From contig JAHRHZ010000267.1 of assembly GCA_024137785.1 (NCBI GenBank), positions 8,387,342 through 8,451,341 of the forward strand: a DNA stretch of 64,000 nt, read 5' to 3'. The translations under genes and the position numbers were made by a program. Positions 61,861 to 64,000 of this stretch are shown piece after piece. The stretch is from Ginglymostoma cirratum. Its lineage: Eukaryota. The notes below the pieces were generated by a model. That model made no database searches and was not told the DNA's origin. It saw only the letters and a list, made by a program, of their open reading frames with translations. Every line of letters begins with the position of its first letter. Position 1 is the first letter of the stretch.

Positions 61861-62287
61861 TGAAACTGGGGTGAAAGCAAAATTTCAAACTCTGGTTTTA
61901 AAATGAAATCCAACATTTGGTTATTTGAAATCCAAAGTTCAACAACTGCATTTTAAGTTCTGTTCCACCCAAGCCCATGATTGTTGGAATTCCACTTGGT
62001 GCTGTCTCATTGAAAAATTCATTTAATGTCAAGCCAGTTGTTGTTGTAATTGCTGTAGAATAATTGCACTTTAACACTGAATGTTCTGAAACTGGCACGC
62101 AAACTAGCCAACAGAAATTTTTGATCCAGTGGGTCACTCATTCTTTCACCTTTGATGTAACATCGATGCATGAAACTATACTCCTTTGTGATTACATGCA
62201 GAGTAGTTAATGAGCTTTGTCCTGTTGTTGGACTATGTTTCAGAATGCAAGTCTTTAACCAAAGTTCTGTCACAGTAAAATTTCTTC

Positions 62288-62410
62288 ATGCTGAACTCTA
62301 AACTCTCCTTAAACTGCAGAGTAATTCAAAGTTCCAAAGATGCACCAGTGAGAGTTGGCTTTAACTGGATTCTTAAGAATCACCGTCAAACACACCTTCC
62401 AGAAGACATG
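62288..62410 (+). CDS. Candidate first coding exon of SLC6A14-like copy B
   Basis: ATG|gtgagc phase-0 donor at 62410, compatible with the phase-0 acceptor at 62661. The frame is open back to ATG 62288. No homology support; the start could also be ATG 62408. Confidence 0.3.
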
Positions 62411-62660
62411 GTGAGCCTTTTACCAAAATATGAGAATTCATTCATGTCAAATCTTGAGAGGCACTGATAATTTTCGGGACTTTGTTTGCTGTGAGTTGAA
62501 GAGACTTTCTGTTGGGGTTAATATCGCCACAAACTAGCAACCAATTTTTGTTAAATGTGACACAATGCAATGCTTCTGTAAGTGGGTGAAAACTGTACTT
62601 TTATATTCGATTGCATGAAAAGTCTGATTTCAAATTGGCTATCTCCTGTCCTTCCCCCAG

Positions 62661-62814
62661 GCTGCCAACGGTGAGCGTGTGGGTGAAAATGATGAGAATG
62701 TGGAGCGAGGTAACTGGTCATCGAAGGCTGACTACCTGCTCTCGATAATTGGTTATGCCGTGGGTCTGGGCAATGTCTGTCGATTTCCGTTCCTGGCTTA
62801 CAGAAATGGAGGAG
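62661..62814 (+). CDS. SLC6A14: SLC6A14-like copy B exon 2 (N-terminus-TM1); gene continues beyond the window
   Basis: cccccag|GCT...GGAG|gtactg, 154 bp; [52 protein letters not shown]. Confidence 0.9.
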
Positions 62815-64000
62815 GTACTGTAATTAAATTCAAAGTACAGGGCAAGGAATAGAAGGGTTAGATATTATCAGAAGATGCACAAGAAAACTCCTGCTGTTTC
62901 TCAAATAATATCATGAGAACTTTCGCACTTTGCAAGAGGGTAGACAGGTTCAAATTTTAATCTGATAAATGGAATACTTAGAAAACAAAAATAAAGTGAG
63001 TTAGTTACTTCACTGACAAACCTGGTAAATATTATCTAGACAGATCTTGCCTCCTGGGTAGTTATAGGTCAACATTTTTGTGCTAGCATGCGTAATGTTT
63101 AAATTCAAATCTTTCTTTGCTTCTTGGCCATTCCATATTCGTGTTAGAGAGAATACTTGAGCCAAATTGTGCTGTGGCAAGGCATCTGGAAGGTTCTTGT
63201 TTTGCAGTGGTAGTGTCCTACCTTTGAGTCAGGAGGTCTGGGTTAGCTCCCACTTGCTCTAGACATGTGTCATGTACCATGATATATATAAGCAGGTTAA
63301 TCAAAAGTATTGATCCTGTGCATCAGTATTTCGTGTGTAGAAAATGACCTAACAACATCTGCAATGGGTTTACTTAACTTTCAGGTTGATAATTATATAG
63401 ATTGGGAATCTGGAACCTGAGCGAGCAGGGGAAAGAATGGGATATCTCCTTAACCATCAAAGTGAAGGATTGTGAAATAATGGGAAGGGAATATTCATTT
63501 AAATAGGGGGAGTTAAAGCCAAAACAAGTACAAAAGAAGAAATCAATAATGAAAAGAAGGATAGGATTAAGAGACAGAAAATGGAGAGACACAACAGAAA
63601 ACAGTACCCATTATGATGATTATACGATAGTTCATATTGGGGCTGTGTCTTGAATTTCAGGTGAATGAAGATCTAGTGACCCGTTCTAATGTTACCCTGA
63701 CCCCAAGCCTGGGTTAACTGCTTGTTATAGATTAGAAGCAGGCCCACGTTGTTTTACTGGAAAGAATAAACAAGGTATTTAACCTTGCAGATAATGAACA
63801 CAATCTCTGTGCTAATAGTGAGATTCTGAGTCTCCAGCATCCCAGGAGGGTGTATCAGGTATATCAGGTTGAGTATATCAGGTTGAAAACAACTTCGCTT
63901 TCAATTGTCCCTTTCATTAAGTCATACAGTCATACAGCACGGAAACGAACCTTTTGGTCCAACTAGTTCATGCCGACCATGTCCCCAAAGTCCCAACTAA

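Overview
Eukaryotic, repeat-rich vertebrate DNA, almost certainly from a shark or ray (HE1-type V-SINEs, abundant CR1/HER1 LINEs, Penelope-like elements). (1) The + strand carries exons 4-14 of a divergent SLC6A14 (ATB0,+)-like amino-acid transporter (686-42538). All splice sites are canonical and in phase, but exon 4 has an in-frame TAA, and several substrate-pocket residues are changed. (2) The 5' end of a second, tandem SLC6A14-like gene starts near 62.3-62.8 kb. (3) Intron 4 of the first copy holds a near-full-length antisense endogenous retrovirus (about 3824-13278). It has a tRNA-Ser PBS, gag with UAG readthrough into pol, a PABLB/HERV-R(b)-type env and a truncated 3' LTR. The most striking element is a CNPase-like 2H phosphodiesterase domain (HCT...HVT) embedded in Pol between protease and RT. 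Other points of note: an env ORF frameshifted just before its membrane anchor, an R2-type retrotransposon relic with no 28S rDNA around it, minimal hammerhead-ribozyme cores in Penelope repeats, and several fold-back insertions. All alignments and counts were done by eye from remembered family motifs; repeat boundaries are approximate.
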